Position numbers and translations under genes: made by a program. Positions 26,873 to 39,076 of a DNA stretch of 64,000 bases are shown here, piece by piece. Within the stretch, counting starts at the first letter, position 1. Each line of letters opens with the position of its first letter. The notes beneath the pieces were generated by a model. It saw only the letters and a list, made by a program, of their open reading frames with translations, had not been told where the DNA came from and searched no databases. The stretch comes from Mobula hypostoma (Eukaryota), in NCBI RefSeq assembly GCF_963921235.1, contig NC_086097.1, positions 83,392,001 to 83,456,000 of the forward strand, read 5' to 3'.

Positions 26873-28582
26873 CACTCAGTGACTATTTTATTGGGAACCT
26901 AATTAAAGTGGCCACTGGGTGTATATTCATGGTTCTCTGCTGCTATAGCCCAACCACTTCGAGGCTCAATGTGTTGCACATTCCCAAATCCTCTTCTGCA
27001 CACCACTGTTGTAACACCTGATTACAGTATTTGAGTCACTGTGACCTTCCCGTCAGCTTGAACCTGTCTGTGGATTCACCTCTGGCCTTGCTCATTAACA
27101 AGGCATTTTTGCTCAAAGAACTGCTGCTCACTGGATGTGTTTTGTTTTTCACACCTTTATTTGTAAGCTCTAGAGTCTGCTGTGCTTGAAAATCCCAGGA
27201 GAACAGCAGTTTCTGAGATACTCAAACCACCCGGCTGGCACCAACAATCCTTTCGTGGTCAGAGTCACTTAGGTCACATTTCTTCCCTATTTTGTTGTTT
27301 TATCTGACCAACAACTAAACCTCTGGACTACGGCTGCATGCTCTTATGCAATAAGTTGCTACCACATTAGATTAGATTAGACTCAACTTTCTTGTCATTG
27401 TGCCGAGTACAGATAGAAAGCCAATGAAATGCAGTTAGCATCTGACCAGAAATGCAAAGAATAGTGTTAGTTACAAAATAACTGCAAATAAAAAGTAAGT
27501 GCTACAGCACACAAATATAAAAGTACTGAGACAGTACAATATGGGTGCAATACTGCTTAGTGCTGTGATGTGAGATTCAGCAGGGTCACAGCCTCAGGGA
27601 AGAAGCTCTTCCTGTGCCTGCTAGTGTGGGAGCGGAGGCTCCTGTAGCGCCTACCGGATGGAAGGAGAGTAAAAAAAATCCATGGTTAGGGTGAGATGCA
27701 TCCTTGATAATGCTTTTTGCCCTGCCTAGGCAGCGTTTATAGTAGATGTTCTCAATGGTGGGCAATTGGGTGCCGATAATCCGCCGGGCAGTTTTCACCA
27801 CATGCTGGAGTGCTTTGCGGTCCAATACGGAACAATTGCCATACCACACTGAGATACAGTTGGTGAGTATGCTCTCAATGGTACAGCGGTAAAAGTCTGT
27901 CAGTATCCTGGGACAGAGGTGAGCTTTCTTGATGCTTCGCAGGAAATAAAGGCGCTGTTGTGCCTTTTTGATCAGGATGGAGGAGTTCAGGGACCAGGTG
28001 AGATCTTCGGAAATGTGGACACCAAGGAATTTGAAGCTTGATACGCACTCCACTACAGCTCCGTTGATGTAGCTGGGGACGTGAGTGTGGCTCCTAGCAT
28101 GCCTGAAGTCCACAATGATCTCCTTGGTCTTCTGGGTGTTGAGGGCCAGATTGTTATCGGCACACCACGTGGCCAGGTGCTGGACCTCGTCCCTGTAGGT
28201 CGTCTCGTCATCCCCTCTGATCAGGCCAACCACCATGGTGTCGTCTGTGAACTAGATTATGGAGTTAGAACCATGTACAGGAACGCAGTCATAGGTGAAA
28301 AGGGAGTACAGAAGAGGGCTCAGCACACAGCATTGAGGCATGCCAGTGTTCAGGGTGAGAGTGGAGGAGGAGAGGTTGTCTAACTTAACTGGTTGAGGTC
28401 TGTTAGTCAGAAAGTCCAAGGTCCAATTGCAGAGGGATGAGCTGATACCAAGCTGGCGAAGTTTGGCGATCAGCTTGGAGGGGATCACAGTATTGAATGC
28501 CGAACTAAAGTCAACGAACAGCATTCTGACGTAAGAGTGCATAATAGACTGATTAGATATTTGCAGGTAAAGTGGCTACTAA
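26873..28582 (-). mobile_element. Second Tc1-family non-autonomous element, interrupted by a Rex1/Babar LINE
   Basis: Starts ta-CACTCAGTGACTATTTTATT. Body 26930-27365 is the reverse complement of 21073-21584, resumes at about 28545 (actgattagatatttgc) and ends taaagtggctactaagt. Confidence 0.75.
27366..28536 (-). mobile_element. Rex1/Babar-like LINE, 5'-truncated RT region
   Basis: [39 protein letters not shown] and WCADNNLALNTQKTKEIIVDFR..FKFLGVHISEDLTW..KKAQQRLYFLR. (TCTAA)n tail at 27366-27381. Confidence 0.88.
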
Positions 28583-30896
28583 GTTCAAGATTAATTGTCA
28601 TTCAACCATACATAAATATCCATGAATACAGCCAAACGAAACAGCGTTCCTCTGAGGCTGAGGTGCACAGTACAGTACCAATAGTCAAACACAGCACAAG
28701 GCACACATGCTACAGATAAGACAGCAGTAAAATACAGTCACACAAAAAATAGTCCAAGTCCCTGAGTCGTGTGCGTGATTGGTGTTGGGATGGTTAATGA
28801 AATAATTATGCATGTTACTTCAGTGTATAGCTATAGTTTGTGTGACATCATTCCCCTCATCCCAGCTCAGCCAACAAATTTATAATGTAGCAACCTCAGA
28901 CCCTTGCAACAGGCCTGGTTTAGTTTCCATGATGCTCTCAAGGCGCGTCCTCAATCTTGGACCTTATGACTCCTGATTTCTTCTACCTTCCAAGCAGGTG
29001 GACTAAGACAGGGACAAGGGCTGTCTGTAATCATTCTTGGTGGGCAGGATATGGCATTGGAATCAGGGTTGTTGAGCTGAAGAATTCAAGTATCCACTCC
29101 TACCATTGAACTGTACAGCAAATTCACACTTAACTTTCTTAGAACTTACAGTGACAACGTCCCATTAGTACCATGGTGTGTAAATGCTGTACATAATGTA
29201 AAGGGGACCAGAAGAAACTCCTCCTATGAAACAAGTGGAAGAATGTGGCACATTATTAATCACTGTCCTCTGGTTTAGCCTGTTACCAAACCTGTGAAAA
29301 ACCACCTATTTGGAATCTCATCCACAGTCAAAAACATTTAAAAGCCAAAAAAAAATTAAAATTGCGTAAATGATTACATTTTTAAGGAAATAAACAAGAA
29401 CTCTAAGTTTTAATAGCATTTAAAATAATTCAATTCAGTTACATGTTTTTATTAATTCAAAGAACTGTGAAATTATTAAAACTTATGTTTGTCCTTCATA
29501 TCTATCTCTCTATTCAAATGAATGGAGGTACTCTTCCAGCACTAGTTCTAAGCTGTTTGGGCAAATTTCTCAGCGATGTGCTGGAGAAATGCCACAGATT
29601 TTTGTTCCACTTCAGAGGGAACACATGCCCGCTAGTTCTGGGTTAAAGCATTCACATGCACATACTTGGAAATCCAATGTTTGGTGACACTTGGGAAAAT
29701 AACTACAATTCTGTGCGGGAGTGTGGTTTTGTTGGTGAACTCAGTCTTTCCTAGGATTAGTCAAAGAAAAGAGTAACCTATTCAAAGCCAGATGTTCAAC
29801 AAGCTAGAAACTCGGGTAGTACTTGGATAGAGTGAGGAATCATCTACAGAAATGTGAGGACTGCTTTTGCCCCTGGATGCATTGCTGAATGACCAATAGC
29901 TTGGGGTGGAGACAATGGTAAATGGCTGGAGATAGCAGTGTAGGGCTAAGACAATAAGTCACTTCAATAGAGGTTTTGCTTCAGATATTATTCAGTCAGT
30001 GAGATTGCAAATAAAGTTCGACTGCTCAGGAGAATCTCCATTGATAGGGATGACCTTGTTGAATGTCAGAAGGAACAATAAACCATAGTCACAAAGGATG
30101 CCAGTTGTTAATTTTCAAGTGCTGGGTAGAAACATTTTTGGAAAAACTGTACTGTATCATGAAGTTGTGGCAAGATTGGGAATGGATCAGGAACCAACAC
30201 TTTTGTGGATTTTGCAAAGAACATGGCATTTTATTAGAATAAATAGGTGCTGATAGCAAAGGGCATGAAGGCTGCAAAGAGTGTTAGTGGTTCAGAAAGG
30301 TACCGCTTCAGAGGGAAAGTGAATAGACACAAGAAATACTGGAACTCAGCAAGTCCTGATGAAGGGCATCATCTCAAAATGTTGACAGTTTATTCCCCTT
30401 CTCTGGGTTCCTCCAGCATTTTGTGTGTGTTGTTCAGCCACTCATAATGTTGGTGAGAATGAGGAAAGAAGAGCTGAATGATAGTCACAAATACTCCCCC
30501 AATGCCGATAAGGAATTTTAGAGTTTTGACCCGGAAACAATGAAGGAGTATTTTATGAGATGTTAATTGGTGAAATTTAGTTTTGAATGAATTCCCACAT
30601 AACAAACACTGCTGCTTTTACAGGAAGTGCAGGATGAAAGTTGCAAATTCTGGACATGATGTGTATCACATCTTGGTGAGTTGCTGCAGTGTTTCAGTAG
30701 TTAATCTGCACAGCAATCACTCTACATGTGTTGGAAGGAGTAAATATGCATATTAGAAAGAGGAGATTTGGAACAAAGTTGACAAAATCTTTTTTGATTC
30801 TTTGCTGTTTCTTTGGTTGGCTGGCATGATTTTATTCATGGTTTAGCAATTACAATGCCTTACCTCTTGTATGTTTTCCTTCTCGCATCATTGCAG

Positions 30897-31066
30897 CAGC
30901 CACTGGGAGACCCCCCAAGCAAACTGAAATGGCGATAATCTACCAGTCAGCAGCATGGGTTCTGGCAGCCATACTGCTAACAATCATCACGTTTTTAATA
31001 GCCACACTCATAATAAACAGAAAGAAACAGTGGTTCCAGATGCCATGCTACCATGCACCAACAAAG
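30897..31066 (+). CDS. CRIM1-like: CRIM1-like exon (transmembrane helix and juxtamembrane region)
   Basis: Polypyrimidine tract then ttgcag(cag) acceptor; gtaaga donor; phase 1-0. ATGRPPKQTEMAIIYQSAAWVLAAILLTIITFLIATLIINRKKQWFQMPCYHAPTK; the NxKKQW..C.Y..PTK motif resembles CRIM1. Confidence 0.93.
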
Positions 31067-31800
31067 GTAAGAAAATCAAACTATAATCAATGCAAAACTG
31101 GTAAGGTGCAGTAGAAAAAAAATCATAAGGATATCCTGTACCCATTATTCCTTTGCTGGTGCTACTCAATTCAGTTAAAACTTTCCAGTCTATTCTTCTT
31201 GTGAATCTGCAGTATATCATAAGAGTCAACCTAGAGTTTTGATGGTTCCGAGCATTCGTGGAGATTAGCGCAGCTCTATCTATTGCCATGGAGTGACACT
31301 AGTCCACTGACTGTTTTCTTGTATTCACGGTAGTCTTAAAAATTAAGATAAAAACTGAATTGAGCAAATTGGTACTACAAAATAATTATAGTTTAAGTAT
31401 TAATTTCACCTGTACTGAACTTGGAAGATTATGCAAAGAATGGATTAAACTTGTGCTTTCTTAGTGAGTCTGTGCAAACTTAGCAGTCAAGTTCAACTCT
31501 AGAACATGAAAGTTGATTGAGCAATGAGCCAAAGCAGAGGCATTACAATGAACTTCGGCATATCTGGTGATCACTTGGGGAGCTGGGGGGAAGAAACTTT
31601 GTATGAAAAGATCTCATGAATATCATATCTTCATCACATTCTCAAGATTGACTGTTTAACAACCACTCCCAATTTAGGCTCCTATGTAAAAAAAAATTAT
31701 CACCAGAAGGATTCAAGAATTACTCAAATCAATCCATGAGGGAAAAAAGGAAAGGAAATGTAAAGAACAAATTGATTTGCTCATTCATGCATAAATGTTT

Positions 31801-31980
31801 AGAACATAGAACATAGAAATTTACAGCACATTACAGGCCCTTCAGCCCAAAATGTTGTGCCGTCCATATAACCTACTCTAGAAACTGCCCAGAATTTCCG
31901 TAGTGCATAGCCCTCTGTATTTTTCTAAGCTCCATGTACCTATCTAAGACGCTCTTTAAAGACCCTATTGTATCTGCAAG
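31801..31980 (-). mobile_element. CR1 LINE extreme 3' fragment
   Basis: (agaacat)n tail followed by acagcacattacaggcccttcagccc...ctccatgtacctatctaaga. Confidence 0.65.
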
Positions 31981-33500
31981 GCATTAAGTATACCATGTTA
32001 ATGTACAAGAATTAACTTCTTGTGGTCCCAAGTGAAGTCAGTACAGTGCCTCATTGATTTTTGATTTGGCTCCCATTATTACTGACTTAGATATCCAAAT
32101 TTAGAGTAAACGTTCATCAAATGTCTATCTTTAGTGTGTTCAGTGTGAGGTTTGCAGATTCTGAACCTCAAGATATCACAATGCTAATTAAATGTTTTGG
32201 GGTATAGTCACTGTTCCTATGCAGCAGCCAGTTTCAAAGTAGAAACTTCATTGGGGTATTATTGTTATTACTGACATTGGATGAAAGATGAATATTGGCA
32301 AGAAAAGAAAAGGAGAACTTCCCTGTAATACTTCAACATATTCCCATTGGATTTTTTTTTTCCCTTTTTGATGGTTTTTCAGTTTAATACCTTATCTATG
32401 AGTCAGTGTTCTTGGTACTGCACTGGATCACCAGCCTAGATTTTATACTCAACTCAGTGAACCACAAGAATGGAATTGAAAGTGCTGCCAACTGATTCAT
32501 GGCTACAACCTTAGCATTAAAGGATGTTAAAGCAGATTAGTCAAATAAGTCAGAATTGTATGGAAATCCTTGAGCTCAACAACATTCAGAGTATCAAAGA
32601 GACTTTTATCAGCTTCTCTTGACATTCTATTTGTCTGGTTAAAATTCCAAAACAGTCGAGAAGAGAGTGTTCAATGGATTGATTCAGCACCTACATTGCA
32701 CAGTACAATAGAGAAAATATTAATCTGTGTGATCTGAAATGAGATATTGGTTGTTTATACACTATTATTCTGCAACTGTTTTAGATTCACCTATGGTGCT
32801 GGCCTCTGCACCATGTGAATGTGAATCTATCTAGAGCCACCTGCTCCTATGATTCATTTAGTTCTCTAATACTATTCATGGGCTACAGTGCTTTGAACAA
32901 ATCTGTTGGTCTTCAAATTCTGATTACACATCCATGGATATTTCTCTCAAAAATGAGATGGGGAAATCCTTAATACTAAAAATGGGAGCCGCAGCTACAC
33001 GTTTTTAGAAAGCTATTCACATAATCTTTAGGTATTTGGATTTTTTTGTGGGTGATGACCCCTCAAAGTAATTGAAAAAGATTTGCCAGTATATGCAAAA
33101 TTGCTTCAAAATACTATTAATAAGAAATAAAAGGGTAGGTTGATAAAATAAAGTGGGGGCAATAATTATGATGTTTAGTTGGTTTCAATGATCAGTTTCA
33201 CATCTACTAGCCTGAATTACTACCCTAGTATACCATTTTGTACCATGAAAGTTGGAGAATCAGGGCCAAATCTATGCTTCTTCTAACCCGTCCTGTAAAA
33301 AAACACTTTTTTTATGTTGGACAAACTGAAATTATTCTAATAGGGAAGAAGCACATCTGTTCTATGCCTTCATTCAAGAAAATGTCTTTGAGATGTCATT
33401 GTTTGTGTACCTACAAAATTAGTTGTTAATAACCTAAGTATTTAATACCAGCTCAGAAATCCTTTCATATAATTGCCTTTCATCTTTGTTTCTGTAACAG

Positions 33501-33695
33501 ACGCAGTTTTTGAAAAATCCAGTTGACAAACAAACTGTGGTCTACATGGACTCTGTGAAAGGAAACAAAATGCACAGCGTTAATAACTGCTGCAGAAAGG
33601 ATCTAATGGTGGAAGCAGATTCCCAGTACAATGAGAAATACCGTGTGCGTGCAGAAAAACAAAGCAACAGCCAGCAAAACAAACTGCTTGGATAG
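33501..33695 (+). CDS. CRIM1-like: CRIM1-like terminal coding exon (cytoplasmic tail, stop TAG)
   Basis: tttgtttctgtaacag acceptor, phase 0. TQFLKNPVDKQTVVYMDSVKGNKMH...EADSQYNEKYRVRAEKQSNSQQNKLLG*. The nine exons total 1550 nt and splice into one uninterrupted frame. Confidence 0.85.
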   Translation, partial: TQFLKNPVDKQTVVYMDSVKGNKMHSVNNCCRKDLMVEADSQYNEKYRVRAEKQSNSQQNKLLG

Positions 33696-35688
33696 AAACA
33701 TGAAAAAAGTTGGCTTCTGAACTGATGGAGACTTGGCAATAATTCAAAGAGTGTGCTCCATTCACCAGCCTTGCCTCTTCTGGTTTCCATTATATTTTGA
33801 GTTAATGATTCCAGCTTGTTATCTGTGTATGATTCAGGTACTTGCAAAATAACAGTTACTTTTAAAACCACATGTCTTTATTGACTTTCCTGTTCACTTA
33901 AAATACCCGAAAGAATTAATAGAGAAACTTGCCAAAAAAACGTAATCAAGCCAGAAAATGAACACCAAACTTCTCAGTATCTTTGTTCGGTACAATATAT
34001 AGGGGGGAAAGTGTGGGGACAACATATGGGGAAGAGTAAGCCTTTAGTCAGTTACTGTAACCACTTTATTCAAAGAGTACTTAATCAAGCAATGGCTTAA
34101 TTAAAATTGTCCCCCAATGTTATAGAATAAGCATTTTCAAACACAGGTGGATTTTAGTTTGTTTAAAATTGATGTTTTGGAAATGTGGTAATGGAATATA
34201 TATTTCTTAATGCCCTGAGAGAATATTGTAGCATTTTTCCTCGTGCAGGAGAAATCTTTAAAAATTATCTTTCATCGTGACATTTTTCAGCACTAGTAAA
34301 AAGGTAAATTACTGGGAACTGGAGAATAGCTGTAAGCTGACACTTTATTCCACCTCCAGAATACATGCAAAATATTAAAACTTTCAACAGCCTTTCGAGT
34401 GGTGGAATTTCTCATCTATTCCAAGACAGCACTGTAAATGCCAAGAGGGATGGACAAATGGTCAAATAGGAAATGAAAGATACCAAATTATTGCTGCAGA
34501 AATATGCATTTAACTATAGCATTATTAATATTACAGTTAACATTTGCTATGACAGTGATTTACATGCTGTATCGATTCCTATACCTGTACTCTATAGTTT
34601 CATTGTGTTGAATGTATTCACAATTTTTGTTTGTGAACAGTCTGTCATTCCAGTTTGTAGAAGGAATTGAACTGAGCATTGCTGCTTTATTTGACTGGTG
34701 ACAACAAAACTCAATATAAATGCCAAAAGCAGGAAAAGCTAATGTGGAAAATTTATTATCAGGTTTAAATTAAAAGTGTTATCAAATCTTTGAGTGAACC
34801 CTAGTGAACACACCATCAGGGATAAGATGCGTGGCAGAACCAGGAACAGAGCTAAAATATTATTTAATCTGGTTGGAGGAGGATGGCGTAAAGGGGCTGA
34901 ATATAAGCAGTGTATGAATAATAAAAAGCACATACTGTACCCCCACCCCCAAGCTGTTCTAGCTTCACCCAGGCTTAACATGCAGGCTTTACCCATTTAC
35001 AGTGCTCTAGGTGACTGAATAAAAAGTATTTCAAAATATTGATGGTGTTTTGAGGTGTCAAGGAAGAGTGAAATGTTGTAACTACTCTATGGTTTATACT
35101 CTATGGTTTAAAATGTGGGAGCACAGGGAATATGTTGGTAAGCTGTGGCACTTTGTAGTCAACTTTACTAATAACATTAAGGATTTTAAGAAAAGCCCTA
35201 TTGATACCAGGCTGTGAGCGTACAAATTCTTTTAAATTGTAAGAAGTTTCAAGTATTTTTGTAGATACTTAGTTTGCAGATAATTGAGCAAAAGGGAGGA
35301 GAGTTTCTTAATTTATTTTTTCAGATAGCTTAATTTATTAATCTAAGTAGAATCTGTATAGAAGAATAGCAGAGGGCTTAACAATTCTGTTTACTTCTAT
35401 TTGTTACTGTGATTTGTAGTCCAATAAGTTAAGATGTGGCAAAGCTCTTTGGCCATGCAATTTTGCTGGCGTGTTATGCTGAGATAATTACCTGATCATA
35501 TGCCTTAAAAACCTGTAAACCCCTTTGCTGTACTTTTTATGTAAGTTCTTAATTTTTGTTTAACTCTTTACTGTTGATATATAGAGATCTAAGTTGCTTA
35601 TTTATTTACAATGATGTGTAGTAGCACTTGTAAATGCACATGGCCTAGCAGCTGAGTTGTAACTAGTAAAAAGGCATTTACTCATTTA

Positions 35689-35694
35689 AATAAA
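35689..35694 (+). promoter_or_regulatory. Candidate polyadenylation signal of the CRIM1-like gene
   Basis: AATAAA followed by U/GU-rich ttttgttgtgg, at the end of about 2 kb of repeat-free AT-rich sequence after the stop. Other AATAAA at 34920 and 35018. Confidence 0.45.
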
Positions 35695-36094
35695 TTTTGT
35701 TGTGGAAATTGTCTGAATCTGTGGTAAGGTATTTTCCAAATTTGCTCTGAGAAAAACTAATCAGAAAGGAGTAGCATATATATTATAATTTCAGATCCGA
35801 GCCCCCAGGAAAATATCTACAGCATTGAGAAATATATATTTCATTATCAAGAGTAATACTCAGCAAGAAAGAGTTTTTCTGAGTACCATTGTGAAACTTT
35901 CAGTGTGACTGGGCCTTGTTTTGAAGTATGTTGCAAAGTGAACTGTCTAACGTATATTATCAATTTTCAGTTAATAATCGATTGGTAAAATAAATAGTGT
36001 CCTCATTGGAATTTGCATTGAAATTTACTTCTTTTGCAGAATATTTTGGGTTTTTTTGTATTGCCATTCAGTGTTACTCAAAACACATAAATTA

Positions 36095-36760
36095 ATAAGA
36101 TCATATTATATAGGAGCAGAACTGGGCCATTTGGCTATTGAATCTGCTCCACCATTCAATCATGGCTAATATTTTTTTCTCCAGCCTGATTCTTCCACGT
36201 TCTTCAAATAACCATTTATGCCCCCCCCCCTTATCAATGAAGAACCTATCAGTCTCATCCTAAGTCTTTGAGACAACAAAAATCACCACCTTCTGGCTGA
36301 ATAAATTCCCCCTCTTCTCAATTCTAAAGGAACATCCCTTTATTCTCAGTCTGTGCCCTAGGATCCTAGATTCTCTTACTAATGGAAACATTCTCTCCAC
36401 ATCCAATTTATGTGCACCTTTCAGCATTTGGTTGGTTTAAGTGGAATACCCCCTCATTCTTCCAAACATCATTTGCAGAGCCATCAAACACTCCTCATAC
36501 GTTAACCCTTTCCTTCCTGGGATCATTCTTTTGAACCCCCTCTGGACCCTCTCCAGCACCGGCACATTTTTCCCTAGGGGGGCCAAAATTACTCTCAATA
36601 TCCCAAATATGGTCTGAGCAGCACCTTAAATCCTCAGCTGTACATCTTTGCTTTTGTATTCTAGTCCTCTCAGAACAAATGCTAACATTGCATTTGCCTT
36701 CCTTAACATGAACTCAAACTGTTAGTCAACTTTAAGAGAATCCTAAACTATGACTGCATA
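36095..36760 (-). mobile_element. Degenerate CR1 LINE 3' part
   Basis: ataggagcagaactgggccatttggc...gagccatcaaacactcctcatacg...aatgctaacattgcatttgccttc matches the reverse complement of CR1 ORF2 and 3' UTR. Confidence 0.75.
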
Positions 36761-38212
36761 TTCCAGATCTTAATATAAGCCCAAAATAATTTATTCAAAG
36801 TAATGGACTCCTTTGCTGAAACACATTGAAGGAACTGTAAATTTCATTTTTAGTGCCTTAATACCCCAAAAACCTATCAGGCAAACGGACAAGATTCACA
36901 AAGTGAGGACAAAATTCACAATGTAAGTGCCTTTGGAGCACTGTCTGTGGGCCAGAGGGAGCCAGGTTTGACAAGATATCCAGTAAACATATTCCCTAAC
37001 CCTGGAAATGGACAGTAGCTTCTTCAAAGAAACTACAGGAAACATGTTTCAGCAATACCACCAGTCAGAGGCTTGCTCCTTCCTCTGGTGTATTGTAGAG
37101 GTGTTAAAAGTTCAACAAATACTGTACGAGAATGTTGACAGTCAATCTTTGTACCAGAATGGAATATTTAGATTGGAAGGAGAATGAAAATCAGTATCTG
37201 CAAGGGAAATGGGAAATTCCTGAAATTCCAAAGCACCAAAGGAACCAACACAGAAAGAGACTTCCAGCTGCCTTCAAATCATGTTGCTGACCCCATCAGA
37301 AATTGTGGGGCCTTGTAAATTGAAAATGCAGATAATAATATGCTGTTGCCAAAGGCTTGGAGAATATGTAATTAAAAGATGAACAGATACTAGACTGGAG
37401 CACACAAAATACTTAGCAGAAATGGGAGAAATCAGAGAAGTGAGAGGACAAAGTGGTAAAGGAATATTCTCAGAAGAGATGCAAAGACCCAGTAAAACAG
37501 GAGCAGGATATAAAAAATTGCTGTAAAACAAGTTTGGCAGCCAACTCAAAGAAAGAAGCAATACATTTCAGGAAGCCACTTTTGATGGCTGTGTAATGGA
37601 TGTTAAAAATTGCAGGGAAATTGTTTTGCTGTTAAGAGTCAAAGCCGCCTAAGAATGGTGTATATCATATTTGAATGGATGTGAAATGTGATATTTAATG
37701 CCACAAAACCTGGGAAACGTAGTGGCCTCAGCAGAGCACTCCAGATAAGCAATCAGCTTCTCCCCCGCCCCCATGCATGGTACTCACGTATGGTGCGCCT
37801 TCATTGAAAGTGTAGCACCAGAACCTTAAAATCAAGTCTGATTTTGGAGAGTGAAGGCTTTGAAGATGTCAGCTGCTGGTTCCATCAACAGAGGACTCAG
37901 TTCTTTGGACCTTGCTATACATTAACTTGGAATTGTTGAAGATAAATGTGGAAAGCTTGTGAGAGAGAGGAAGGTCAATCCTAATAGCTTAAATGATAGC
38001 AGTATCCCTTTTCCTTTTCGAAAGAGCCCGCCATACAAACCAATGCATGTAGGGGTCATCCAACAGAGTCTTTTTAAGGAGAACACCATGGAAAACAGCT
38101 TTCTCCATTATGTATGCAAACATGAGAAAATCTGCAGATGCTGGAAATTCAAGCAGCACACACAAAATGCTGGTGAACGCAGCAGGCCAGGCAGCATCTA
38201 TGGGAAGGGGTA

Positions 38213-38254
38213 CAGTCGATGTTTCGGGCTGAGACCCTTCATCAGGACTAACTG
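38213..38254 (-). ncRNA. Minimal type I hammerhead ribozyme motif (Penelope-associated)
   Basis: Minus strand AGTC-CTGATGA-AGGGTCTCAGCCC-GAAA-CATC-GACT: conserved core with stem I AGTC/GACT and stem II GGG/CCC. Confidence 0.7.
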
Positions 38255-39076
38255 AAAGAAGAGATAGTAAGAGATTTGAAAGTGGGAGGGGGAGGGGGAG
38301 ATCCGAAATGATAGGAGAAGACTGGAGGGGGAGGGATGAAGCTAAGAGCTGGAAGGTTGATTGGCAAAAGGGATACAGAGTTGGAGAAGGGGCAGAATCA
38401 TGGGACAGGAGGCCTAGGGAGAAAGAAAGGGAGAGGGGAGCCCAGAGGAAGATGGAGAGCTGGCAAGGAGTGATTGTGAGGGGGACAGAGAGAGAAGGAA
38501 AGAAAAAGGGGCAAATAAAAATAAATAAGGGATGGGGTACGAAGGGGAGGAGGGGCATTAATGGAAGTTAGAGAAATCAATGTTCATGCCATCAGGTTGG
38601 AGGCTACCCAGATGAAATATAAGGTGTTGTTCCTCCAATCTGAGTGTGGCTTCATCTTGACAGTAGAGGAGGCCATGGATTGACATATCAGAATGGGAAT
38701 GGGACGTGGAATTAAAATGGGTGGCTACTGGGAGATCCTGCTTTGTCTGGCCAACAGAGCGTAGGTGTTCAACGAAACGGTCTCCCAGTCTGCGTCAGGT
38801 CTCGCCAATATATAGAAGGCTGCACCGGGAGCACCAGATGCAGTATATCACTCCACTCAACTCACAGGTGAAGTGTCGCCTCACCTGGAAGGACTGTCTG
38901 TGGCCCTCACCTACCACACCACCAGCCTCCGGGTCCAACATATAATTCTCCGTAACTTCCACCACCTCCAATGAGATCCCATCACTAATCACATCTTTCC
39001 CTCCCCCCCCCCACTTTCTGCTTTCCACAGGGATCGCTCCCTATGTGACTCCCTTGTCCATTCGTCCCCTCCATCC

